Assembly: GCA_930971385.1 (NCBI GenBank)
Contig: CAKNGB010000001.1
Span: forward strand, 3,670-67,669
Direction of reading: 5' to 3'
Source of the DNA: an uncultured Clostridia bacterium
GTDB lineage: Bacteria > Bacillota > Clostridia > Christensenellales > UBA1242
Length of the DNA: 64,000 nt
The notes below the pieces were generated by a model that was given only the letters and a program-made list of their open reading frames with translations, ran no database searches and was not told the DNA's origin. Shown piece after piece: positions 19,403-27,479 of the stretch; positions within the stretch are counted from its first letter, which is position 1, and each line of letters begins with the position of its first letter. A program made the translations under genes and the position numbers.

Positions 19403-21073
19403 TTATTTAACCTTAAACGAGTCTTTAAGCGAAATGGTGGAGTTAAAGATTAAGTTGTCTTTTGTGCTGTCTTTGTCAAGGCAATAGTAGCCTTTACGCA
19501 TAAATTGGAATTTATCTTCCACTTTTGCCGTTTTCAAAAAGTTTTCAGCAAATGCCACACTTTCTGTCATGGAATTTGGCGTTAAAAGTTCTTTAAGTGA
19601 AACTCCTTCTTCCAAGGCTTTCATAGGGTCAACATATTCCTCTTTAATAAGGTTTTTGAAATCACGAATGGTCACTTTAAAGCAATTTTTGGCAGAAACA
19701 AAGTGAATTGTTCCCTTGCATTTAATTCCAGAATTATCTTGTCCGCTTTTTGTGTTTGGAAGATACTCACATTCAAGGTGGTCAATCTCGCCATTGTCTT
19801 TTAAAACAGCCTTGTTGCATTTAATGATATACGCGCCTTTAAGCCTAACAATTCCGCCTTCCACAAGCCTGTTGTATTTTGGAGGTGGGTTCAAACTGAA
19901 ATCTTCCTTTTCAATGTAGATTTCTTTGCTAAATAGTGCCTTGTGAGAGCCAGCATTTTCGTCGTTAGGATTATTTTCAATTTCAATTTCCTCGCTGTCT
20001 TTATCATAGTTTGTGATGATAACTTTAAGTGGGTCCAAAACCACCATAGCGCGAGTGGCAATGTTGTTTAAGTCGTTTCTAATGTGATAGTAAAGCGCGG
20101 AAAGAGGGATAACGCTGTCGGCTTTCGTGACGCCAGCACTTTTTAAAAAGTCTTTTATTCCTTGCGCTGTGTAGCCACGCCTTTTCATGCCAACAATAGT
20201 TAAAAATCTTGGATCGTCCCAACCTAAAACAAGGTTCGAGTCCACAAGTCTTCTTAAATAGCGCTTGCCCAAAAGCACATTTTCAAGGTTGAGTTTTGCA
20301 AATTCAATTTGGCGTGGAGGATATGGCTTTTTCCAGCCTTTTTCAAGAACCCAGTTATACAGCGGGCGGTGGTCCTCAAAGCTCATGTCGCACAAACTGA
20401 AAGTGACACCTTCCAAGGCATCTTCAAGAGGGTGCGCAAAATCATACATAGGATAAATGCACCACTTATTTCCAGTGCGATAATGGCTCATGTGTTGAAC
20501 GCGGTAGATAACTGGGTCACGCATATTCATATTAGGGTGTGCCATGTCAATTTTTGCGCGTAAAACCACTTTCCCTTCTGGATATTTTCCTGCTTTCATG
20601 TCGCGAAAGATTTTCAAACTTTCCTCAATTGGTCTATTTCTATATGGGCTTTCCTTACCAGGAGTTGTCAGTGTTCCGCGAGATTTAGAAAGTTCCTCGG
20701 CACTTTGCTCGTCGATGTAAGCATCGCCACTTTTAATTAAGTTTTCTGCGATTTCATAAATTCCGTCAAAGTATGCTTCGCTGGCATAGACGAGTTTTTT
20801 TGGAGTGTAGCCCAGCCACTTAAGGTCGGCAAGATAACTGTCTGCAAAGTCGCCATCCTCTTTAGAAGGGTTTGTGTCGTCCATTCTAAGATAGGTGTAG
20901 CCACCATACTTTTTGGCGGTTTCAAAGTCAATCATAATCGCTTTGCAGTGCCCAATATGCCAATAGCCACTTGGTTCTGGTGGAAAGCGTGTGATGACCT
21001 CTTTTGCCTTTCCGCTTTCAAGGTCTTTGTTTATTTCTTCTTCAATAAAATTTGTCGGTTCAATAAGTTTCAT
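19403..21073 (-). CDS. glnS: glutaminyl-tRNA synthetase
   Basis: RFPPEPSGYWHIGH (GlnRS-type HIGH region). The 556-aa length and C-terminal beta-barrel anticodon-binding region are typical of GlnRS rather than GluRS. Confidence 0.85.
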   Translation of the reverse strand: MKLIEPTNFIEEEINKDLESGKAKEVITRFPPEPSGYWHIGHCKAIMIDFETAKKYGGYTYLRMDDTNPSKEDGDFADSYLADLKWLGYTPKKLVYASEAYFDGIYEIAENLIKSGDAYIDEQSAEELSKSRGTLTTPGKESPYRNRPIEESLKIFRDMKAGKYPEGKVVLRAKIDMAHPNMNMRDPVIYRVQHMSHYRTGNKWCIYPMYDFAHPLEDALEGVTFSLCDMSFEDHRPLYNWVLEKGWKKPYPPRQIEFAKLNLENVLLGKRYLRRLVDSNLVLGWDDPRFLTIVGMKRRGYTAQGIKDFLKSAGVTKADSVIPLSALYYHIRNDLNNIATRAMVVLDPLKVIITNYDKDSEEIEIENNPNDENAGSHKALFSKEIYIEKEDFSLNPPPKYNRLVEGGIVRLKGAYIIKCNKAVLKDNGEIDHLECEYLPNTKSGQDNSGIKCKGTIHFVSAKNCFKVTIRDFKNLIKEEYVDPMKALEEGVSLKELLTPNSMTESVAFAENFLKTAKVEDKFQFMRKGYYCLDKDSTKDNLIFNSTISLKDSFKVK

Positions 21074-21118
21074 ATTTTTCTCCTAAATTTAGTTTTTTCT
21101 TTTTAAGACAAATAAAAG

Positions 21119-21715
21119 TCACTGGACACCAAGTTTAAGGTTTTTAAGTTTACTTTTAATGCGTGTTAAACTGTTGTCTATGCTCTTTCCGCTGATTTTA
21201 AGAATTTCGGCTATCTCTTTGTAGGAATATCCTTGAAGATAATATCTTAAAACCTCAAACTCCTTTTTAGAAAGTGCTTTTTTGATTGTTAACACAAGGT
21301 TTTGATAGTTTTCTTTTTCCACCACGCGTTCGTCTGGCGACACTTGCATGATAAGGTTAACTGGCAAGAACTGCTCGTCGTCGGAATTATCAGAAAAACT
21401 TTGCAAGGAAACGGAATTTGAAAGGGGTGCGTTTTTCTTGGTGTTTGCTTTTTTAATTGCCGACTGAATTTGATGTTTGATGCAGGTGACAGCAAAGGTT
21501 TTAAAAGTGCTTTTGTTTTCTGAAAAATTTTTAATCGCCTTGTAAAGCCCAATCATGCCCTCTTGCACAATATCTTCAAGTTCTCCGCCGATGATAAAAT
21601 AACTTCTTGAAATTTTAACCACCAAATCTTTATATCTTTCAAGCAATGTGTTCTCAGCGTTTTCATCACCTTTTTTGGCAAGTTTAACAAGTTCTTCATC
21701 TGTCATTTTTTTCAT
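21119..21715 (-). CDS. sigH: RNA polymerase sigma factor, SigH (Spo0H)-like
   Basis: RSYFIIGGELEDIVQEGMIGLYKAIKNF and the C-terminal region 4 (SYKEIAEILKISGKSIDNSLTRIK) closely resemble my recollection of B. subtilis SigH. Start is uncertain (21715 or 21733). Confidence 0.8.
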   Translation of the reverse strand: MKKMTDEELVKLAKKGDENAENTLLERYKDLVVKISRSYFIIGGELEDIVQEGMIGLYKAIKNFSENKSTFKTFAVTCIKHQIQSAIKKANTKKNAPLSNSVSLQSFSDNSDDEQFLPVNLIMQVSPDERVVEKENYQNLVLTIKKALSKKEFEVLRYYLQGYSYKEIAEILKISGKSIDNSLTRIKSKLKNLKLGVQ

Positions 21716-21787
21716 GCTTATAATATAACACATTTAAAGTGAAATGTGTCCAATTTTTTTTAAATTTTTCGTAATTTTTATAAGATA

Positions 21788-21814
21788 TAAAAAAATCAAG
21801 CATTTTCGCTTGAT
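21788..21814 (-). terminator. terminator between the ankyrin gene and sigH
   Basis: ATCAAGC gaaaat GCTTGAT followed by T7 on the minus strand. Confidence 0.65.
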
Positions 21815-21824
21815 AATTTATCTT

Positions 21825-22499
21825 TTAATGAATATATGCCACTTCGTTTGGTTTGAAAATTTGCATTAAGCTTTCCTTTAAAACGGAAAATCTACAGATG
21901 TCGCAAGGCGTTTTGTTTTGTTTGTTTTTAACAAGCGTCGCACCATTAGAGTAAAAGAGGTCAGAAAAGTTGCAGGCGTCTTGAAGAGTGGTGTTTTGCA
22001 TAGCGTAATGCCAAGGTGTGTCACCAAATTTATTCTGCACATCAATCGCTCGTTTTTCCTTTTCCACAAACATTTCGCTTATAGCATAATTTCCAGCAAA
22101 TGAGGAAATGTGAAGAGGTGTGTCGCCGTTATTATTCTTTTCTAAAATAAGCCTTGGGTTTTTTCTTGATAAGTAATTTGCAATTTCAAATTGGTTCAAA
22201 AATGAAGCCACATGAAGCGGAGTGTTTCCTTTATTATTTTTTACCTTTAAATTTGCACCTTTTTCCACCAAAAATTTTACCATTTCAAAATTCCTGTCGT
22301 AAATTGCATAGTGCAAGGCGGTGTTTCCAAATTTATCCTTCTCGTCCATGTTAAAAGTGGCTTGTTTAAGGTTATTAATAAATCCTCTATCATTTTCAAA
22401 AACTGCAAAGTGAAAAGCGCCTTGGTCAAATGGTCTAAAATAATTTGTCATCATGCCGTCAACTTTATAGATTGTTTTTTTCGCTTTTTTATAGTTCAT
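21825..22499 (-). CDS. ankyrin-repeat protein
   Basis: At least four ANK repeats (GNTALHYAI..MVKFLVEKGANL; KGNTPLHVAS; NGDTPLHISS; FGDTPWHYA). GGAGG RBS. No signal peptide. Confidence 0.85.
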   Translation of the reverse strand: MNYKKAKKTIYKVDGMMTNYFRPFDQGAFHFAVFENDRGFINNLKQATFNMDEKDKFGNTALHYAIYDRNFEMVKFLVEKGANLKVKNNKGNTPLHVASFLNQFEIANYLSRKNPRLILEKNNNGDTPLHISSFAGNYAISEMFVEKEKRAIDVQNKFGDTPWHYAMQNTTLQDACNFSDLFYSNGATLVKNKQNKTPCDICRFSVLKESLMQIFKPNEVAYIH

Positions 22500-22690
22500 A
22501 CATCCTCCATAGACTAAGTTTACACCATGAAAAAAGCAAAGTCAATATGTTATGAAAATTTAATTTGTATTTTTGAAAAATTCGCCAGAAATTATATATT
22601 TTATCAAAAGTAAGTGTGTTTTTAATGTTTTTTTAACTTTTTATTCAATTATTACATAATATTTTTAATAATTTTAAGCAAAATAATGGC

Positions 22691-23179
22691 ATGAAAAAGA
22701 AATTTTTGTGCTTACTTTTAATTTTTTCCATGCTCGTATTGGGTGGTTGTTTTGCTAAAAATATTAGTTCAGCAAACATTGTGCGTGATGAGGCGAAGGT
22801 GGGAGGAAGTTTAAGTTTTGTTTATAACCATAATGATAGGTGCGCTTATATTGGTGGCGAGGGCGAATTTATGGAGTTCTACAAAGGTGATTTGTCGCTT
22901 TCGGCGGGCAATCGTGTGGGGCTTAAAGTGATTGCACCAAGTGAGGTTAAGGACTATGGCAAAGTGACGCTTGAAATGGGCGGACAAAGTTATTCCGACT
23001 TATTCCAAGTGGTTTCAGGGCAAAAACAAAACTACTTTTACATCTATCCTGCGTTCAGTGAGGAAAATCGCGAGGTAAGCATAAAAATTAATTGGGCGGA
23101 TGATATTGAAAGCCAAGAATATAAGGTCTACATTGTCAGTGGCACAAAGTTTTTAAATGAAAACGGCGAGGTTGTTTAA
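22691..23179 (+). CDS. lipoprotein, function unknown
   Basis: Signal peptide with lipobox MLVLGGC. Confidence 0.7.
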   Translation: MKKKFLCLLLIFSMLVLGGCFAKNISSANIVRDEAKVGGSLSFVYNHNDRCAYIGGEGEFMEFYKGDLSLSAGNRVGLKVIAPSEVKDYGKVTLEMGGQSYSDLFQVVSGQKQNYFYIYPAFSEENREVSIKINWADDIESQEYKVYIVSGTKFLNENGEVV

Positions 23180-23308
23180 TGTTGAATTGTGAGCTAATTT
23201 CTGGTTTAAAATTAAGTGAAATCCTATCAAATAATTTATTTAGCCTAAAATATTAGTTGAATTATAGGTCAGCAATAAAAAAATATTAAAAAATATCTTG
23301 AAAAACAC

Positions 23309-23338
23309 TTGACAAAACCTTTTTTCATAGGCTATAAT
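23309..23338 (+). promoter_or_regulatory. consensus promoter of tRNA-Glu and the downstream structured RNA
   Basis: TTGACA (23309-23314), 18-nt spacer, TATAAT (23333-23338). Confidence 0.65.
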
Positions 23339-23357
23339 GACTTAGCGTAAGAAATTT

Positions 23358-23432
23358 GGTCTCGTGGTCAAGAGGTTAAGACACCGCCCCTTCACGGCGG
23401 TATCAGGGGTTCGATTCCCCTCGAGATCACCA
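23358..23432 (+). tRNA. tRNA-Glu (anticodon TTC)
   Basis: Hand-folded cloverleaf GGTCTCG/CGAGATC, anticodon stem CCGCC/GGCGG, T-arm AGGGG-TTCGATT-CCCCT, encoded CCA. The anticodon loop reads CCTTCAC, i.e. C rather than the near-universal U at position 33. Confidence 0.85.
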
Positions 23433-23440
23433 AAAAATTA

Positions 23441-23589
23441 GGACAGACACCAACATCGTTTAACGCGGGCACGGAAAACAAGTTTCCTAACCGCTACTAT
23501 GTTGGTTTCTCCGCCTAGTCCTCTTCCGCGTAGGTGATTTTCAATTTATGCTTGTCGGGCAAAGCCCTTCTTCAAGCAAAATTGAAAAT
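23441..23589 (+). ncRNA. unclassified structured RNA, family A copy 1
   Basis: Begins 8 nt after tRNA-Glu and ends before the terminator at 23632-23670. Module 1 is an extended hairpin: P1 23449-56/23499-506, P2 GCGG/CCGC 23465-68/23491-94, P3 GGAAA/TTTCC 23473-77/23483-87. Module 2 is the hairpin 23537-23589. It is homologous to 25935-26191 (minus strand) with compensatory changes. Confidence 0.6.
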
Positions 23590-23631
23590 TAATTAAGATA
23601 CATTTTTAATTACCAATATAATTATATAAGT

Positions 23632-23670
23632 AAACAAGTTCGAAAAGCATCGCCTTTTGCTTGTTTTTTT
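23632..23670 (+). terminator. rho-independent terminator of the tRNA-Glu / family A RNA transcript
   Basis: AAACAAG...CTTGTTT stem with inner AAAAGC atc GC(C)TTTT, followed by T7. Confidence 0.65.
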
Positions 23671-23674
23671 GTTT

Positions 23675-23845
23675 CACGACCAAACGCAACTCGCAAACGC
23701 TTTCGAGTTGGTCGTGACTTACGAGGTTTTGATTATAGTAAAGTTATGTAGGAATCGAACGGGCGGTAAAGAAAAGTTGCCGGTGTGCAAGTTTTCTCCG
23801 CCCCGGCGTGAAAGCGGAATAACTTAGTTGGACGGGTTACTAATG
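23675..23845 (-). ncRNA. GC-rich structured element immediately downstream of comFC (family B copy 2); candidate ncRNA
   Basis: Hairpin 23675-23716 (CACGACCAA..CAACTCG / CGAGTTGGTCGTG). Hairpin 23761-23803 (GGGCGG-AGAAAAgTTGC / GCAAgTTTTCT-CCGCCC). T-loop-like GTTCGATTCC on the minus strand (23751-23760). Collinear similarity to 18166-18263. Strand is tentative. Confidence 0.4.
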
Positions 23846-24649
23846 TTAAAGTTCAACATTTTCGTTTTCTTCCTTTTTTAATGCGTTTCTGGCAAGAGCG
23901 CACACAAAGATATTGTTTGCGTGTTTTGAAAGTATTTTCGCGCAGGTATTTAAGGTGGCACAGGTGGTTATGATGTCATCCACAATCAAAACATTTTTGT
24001 TTTTCACAAGCTCTTTATCTTTCAAATTAAAAACGCTTAAAAGGTTCTTTTGCCTTTCAAGATAATTTAAAGTTTTTTGTGATTTTGTTTCAGAAACTTT
24101 TTCCAAGGTTTCAAGGCACGGCAAGTTTAAAATTTTGGCAAGATTTTTAGCAAGGAGTTTCGATTGATTGAAACTTCTTTCTTTTTCTTTTCTTTTCGTC
24201 ATTGGCACATAGGTTATAAGGTCAATTTTCCAGCCCTTTATTTCTTTGGCAATAATTATTGCATAGCCTTTGGCAAGATACCGCTTATTGTCAGATTTAT
24301 ATGAAAGCAAACTTTTCCTTACTAAATCTTTATATAAAAAGGGTGCTCTTGCCTTTTTAAAATATCGCTTATTTTTTTGGCAGTGGTCGCAAATAACCGC
24401 TTCATTCCCTATCGGCTCGTCGCAAATTAAACATCTTTTTCCATCGTTTTTAGGCAATAATTTTTCACAATTAGAGCAATAAGGTTTCTCATAAAAGGAG
24501 GGGATGTCGCGCCCACAAAAAACACATTTAATATCATCAGGGAAAATTAATTTATTAAAAAAAATTGATATTTTCTTAAAAATATCATATTTTTTACGTT
24601 TTTTTTGAGTTTTTTCCTTATTTTTTAATGATTTTTTCATATTTTTCAT
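23846..24649 (-). CDS. comFC: ComF family protein (phosphoribosyltransferase domain, N-terminal CxxC zinc finger), paralog 1
   Basis: CVFCGR..CSNC..CLIC..CDHC zinc-finger cysteines and the PRTase motif VLIVDDIITTCAT. Confidence 0.85.
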   Translation of the reverse strand: MKNMKKSLKNKEKTQKKRKKYDIFKKISIFFNKLIFPDDIKCVFCGRDIPSFYEKPYCSNCEKLLPKNDGKRCLICDEPIGNEAVICDHCQKNKRYFKKARAPFLYKDLVRKSLLSYKSDNKRYLAKGYAIIIAKEIKGWKIDLITYVPMTKRKEKERSFNQSKLLAKNLAKILNLPCLETLEKVSETKSQKTLNYLERQKNLLSVFNLKDKELVKNKNVLIVDDIITTCATLNTCAKILSKHANNIFVCALARNALKKEENENVEL

Positions 24650-24651
24650 TT

Positions 24652-25383
24652 TTATTTATTTTTCATAAGTCTTTGGCGGACAATTTCATAGACCACAATT
24701 CCAGCCGAAACACTGGCGTTAAGTGAGTTTACTTTGCCAAAAAGTGGAAGAGAGATAACGTCGTCACAATATGCCTTTATGCTTTGTTTTGTGCCTTTGC
24801 CTTCAGAGCCGATAACAATGCCAATTTTTCCTGTGAGGTCGGTTTTGTAGATATCCTTTCCGCCAATTTCAGCGGAGTATATCCAAAGTCCGTTTTCTTT
24901 CAGCGCGTCAATCGCTTCTTTCAAATTTGTGACGCGAGCAATTCTCATGTTGCTGACAGCACCAGCACTTGTTCTTATCACAGTTTCATTCACTTGGCAA
25001 GCGCGCATTTTTGGAAGTATTATTCCATGCACGCCAGCACACTCGCAGGAGCGGATGATTGCGCCAAGGTTATGCGGGTCCTCAATTCCGTCGAGAAGCA
25101 CAACAAAAGCGTCTTCATTTTTCTCTTTGGCATAGTTTAGAATGTCGTCAACATCACAGTAAGAAAAATCCACAGTTTCAGCAATATATCCTTGATGATG
25201 TGAGGTGACTGAAATTTTGTCTAAAACATTTTTTGGCACAAACTCACACTTAATTTTCATGCTTTTTGCTTCTCGGATGATTTCATCTTTACGAGAGGCA
25301 TAGTTTTTGTCGATATAGATTTTGTTTATCGTTTTTTCGCTTTTAAGAGCCTCTAAAACCTGATTTCTTCCTTCAATATTCAT
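24652..25383 (-). CDS. rlmB: TrmH/SpoU-family 23S rRNA 2'-O-methyltransferase, RlmB-like
   Basis: N-terminal EGRNQVLEAL substrate-binding domain and SpoU methylase motifs (DGIEDPHNLGAIIRS, IGSEGKG, LNASVSAGI). Overlaps mrnC by 4 nt. Confidence 0.85.
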   Translation of the reverse strand: MNIEGRNQVLEALKSEKTINKIYIDKNYASRKDEIIREAKSMKIKCEFVPKNVLDKISVTSHHQGYIAETVDFSYCDVDDILNYAKEKNEDAFVVLLDGIEDPHNLGAIIRSCECAGVHGIILPKMRACQVNETVIRTSAGAVSNMRIARVTNLKEAIDALKENGLWIYSAEIGGKDIYKTDLTGKIGIVIGSEGKGTKQSIKAYCDDVISLPLFGKVNSLNASVSAGIVVYEIVRQRLMKNK

Positions 25384-25757
25384 ACTTCCTCGCTAACTGA
25401 AATTTTTAAGATTTCTTTCAATCTTTCCTTTTGCTCTGTCAGATACAAGAACCCAACAAGCGCTTCAAAAGCGGTGGCTTTTTTATACTCTTCTTCATTA
25501 AAGTTTTTTGCTTTGTGTTTAGACTTAGCATTTCTTGCACGCCTCACAATTTCGCTTTCTTCAAAAGATAGCATTGGCAAAAGTTTTTCAAGCACTTCCT
25601 TTTGATGTTTGGCGTTGCAGAACTTTTTTGCTTTTTGATGATAGTAATTTAAATTTGAAATGCCACCTTTAACAACAAATTCACGGACAAACAATGTGTG
25701 CACGCCGTCGCCAATAAACGCTAAGGCGAGAGGGGAGAGGTTGTCAATTTTTTCCAT
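25380..25757 (-). CDS. mrnC: mini-ribonuclease III
   Basis: LAFIGDGVHTLFVRE and ATAFEALVGFLYL RNase III signature residues. 125 aa with no dsRBD. Confidence 0.85.
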   Translation of the reverse strand: MEKIDNLSPLALAFIGDGVHTLFVREFVVKGGISNLNYYHQKAKKFCNAKHQKEVLEKLLPMLSFEESEIVRRARNAKSKHKAKNFNEEEYKKATAFEALVGFLYLTEQKERLKEILKISVSEEV

Positions 25758-25934
25758 GTTTTTCCTTTTATATAAACTTTATTGTTTTTCATGTTTTGTG
25801 TAAAGACATAATCTTTTAATTTTTAGCAAACCGCATTCTTTAAGCAATGAGTGAAGGATTGAAGAAGATTTTTGAAAACAATATAAATATAATTAAACCA
25901 TTTTGCCAGCAACTACCACTTACATACTCTAAAC

Positions 25935-26191
25935 AATTTTTGATTTTGCGAGGGGAAGGGCTTTGCCCGTCGAGCATAAATCAAAAATTAAATGGGGACA
26001 CCGAAAATGTTTATCATTTTTGGGGATAAGGAGTAAACAAACGAAATGGTAAGTGTTTTGAATACTTTCAAAGCACGAAATGAAGTGCTGTTTGCGACGC
26101 GGATGAGGATTGGGATGGGAAACCAACGTAGTAGCCGTTAGGGAAGCCACTCCTTCCCGTGTCGGCGTTAAGCGAAGTTGGTGTCCGCACC
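25935..26191 (-). ncRNA. unclassified structured RNA, family A copy 2 (with a 104-nt insertion)
   Basis: Starts 3 nt after the ychF stop codon and lies in the 437-nt gap upstream of mrnC. Module 1 is 26094-26191 (P2 GCCG/CGGC, P3 GGGAAG/CTTCCC). Module 2 is 25935-25989 (12-bp outer stem AATTTTTGATTT/AAATCAAAAATT, apical GGGC-aaa-GCCC). The insertion is 25990-26093. Confidence 0.6.
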
Positions 26192-26194
26192 AAT

Positions 26195-27289
26195 CTAGTT
26201 GTTAAATCTAAAAAGCACAACATCGCCGTCTTGCATCACATAGTCTTTGCCTTCCATTCTCACTTTGCCTTTTTCTTTTGCGCGTAAAAACGAGCCTGCT
26301 TCCACAAGGTCGTCATAGGAAACAATTTCCGCTTTGATGAAACCTTTTTCAAAATCGGAGTGAATTTTTCCAGCAGCCTGAGGTGCTTTTGTGCCTTTGT
26401 GAATGGTCCACGCGCGCACTTCTTTTTCGCCAGCAGTGATATAACTCATAAGCCCAAGAAGGTCATAACTTGCCACAACAAGTTTTTCTAGTCCTGACGA
26501 TTTAATGCCAAGTTCGTCTTTAAACATCTGCCTTTCGTCTTTGTCGAGTTTAGCAATTTCCTCTTCAATTTTGGTGCAGAGGGCGACCACTTTGGCGTTT
26601 TCTTTTTCCGCCACTTTTTTCACTTCCTCCACAAACTTATTTGTTTCTTTTGCCAAATCTTCTTCGCCGATATTGGCAACATAGATAACTGGTTTCATGG
26701 TTAAAAGTGAGAAGTTCTTTAAGATTTTTTCTTCGTCCTCTGAATATTGCAAACTTCTTGCACGACCGCCTTTTTCAAGCACCTCTTTAATTCTTTTCAT
26801 AACTTCAACCGTTGTCAGCAAGGTTTTGTCGCCAGTTTGCTTTGAAAGTTTTGCATTTTTTTCAATCACCTTTTCCACTTGCTCTAGGTCGGAAAGCGCC
26901 AGTTCCATTTCAATGGTTTCAATGTCGCGCACAGGATTAATCGAGCCTGAAACGTGGATGATTTTGTCGTTTTCAAAACATCTAACAACGTGCACAATGG
27001 CGTCAACTTCGCGGATATGGCTTAAAAATTTGTTGCCAAGCCCTTCGCCATGACTGGCACCAGCCACAAGCCCTGCAATATCCACAAACTCAATGCTTGC
27101 AGGCGTAATCTTTTGCGTGTTATACATTTTTCCCAAAACATTCAGCCTTTCATCTGGCACATCCACCACGCCGATGTTTGGCTCGATTGTGCAGAAAGGA
27201 TAGTTCGCACTTTCTGCACCAGCGTCAGTTATTGCATTAAACAAGGAACTTTTTCCCACATTAGGAAGCCCCACAACTCCAATTTTCAT
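26195..27289 (-). CDS. ychF: redox-regulated ATPase YchF
   Basis: [14 protein letters not shown]-loop, a TGS-like C-terminal domain, 364 aa. GGAG RBS before the ATG at 27289; the track start at 27295 is GTG. Confidence 0.92.
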   Translation of the reverse strand: MKIGVVGLPNVGKSSLFNAITDAGAESANYPFCTIEPNIGVVDVPDERLNVLGKMYNTQKITPASIEFVDIAGLVAGASHGEGLGNKFLSHIREVDAIVHVVRCFENDKIIHVSGSINPVRDIETIEMELALSDLEQVEKVIEKNAKLSKQTGDKTLLTTVEVMKRIKEVLEKGGRARSLQYSEDEEKILKNFSLLTMKPVIYVANIGEEDLAKETNKFVEEVKKVAEKENAKVVALCTKIEEEIAKLDKDERQMFKDELGIKSSGLEKLVVASYDLLGLMSYITAGEKEVRAWTIHKGTKAPQAAGKIHSDFEKGFIKAEIVSYDDLVEAGSFLRAKEKGKVRMEGKDYVMQDGDVVLFRFNN

Positions 27290-27479
27290 AAACACTCCAT
27301 GATGTTATATTAATAATTTTTTGATTATCTTTGATATTATAGCAAATTTGAAAAGTTTTTTCAATTAAAGTGGTGTAAAAAATATGATATTTTCTTTTGT
27401 CAACCGATATTTTTAATAAAATTATGCTGTTTTCCTTTAAAATTAAAGTGAAAAAGAAAAGGGAACGGTTTTCCGCTTC

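Noticed and set aside
23433-23845. tmRNA, SRP RNA, RNase P RNA or 6S RNA in the 410-nt gap after tRNA-Glu
   Set aside because: None of the hallmark sequences I remember is present. Missing are the tmRNA tRNA-like ends and tag ORF, the SRP GGAAGCAGCC-type domain IV, and the RNase P GAGGAAAGTCC. Model-based scans are still needed.
25847-26150. ORFs 25847..26029 (+) and 25929..26150 (-) in the ychF-mrnC gap
   Set aside because: They overlap the family A structured RNA and have no RBS. The region shows nucleotide-level helix covariation with 23441-23589 rather than codon-level conservation.
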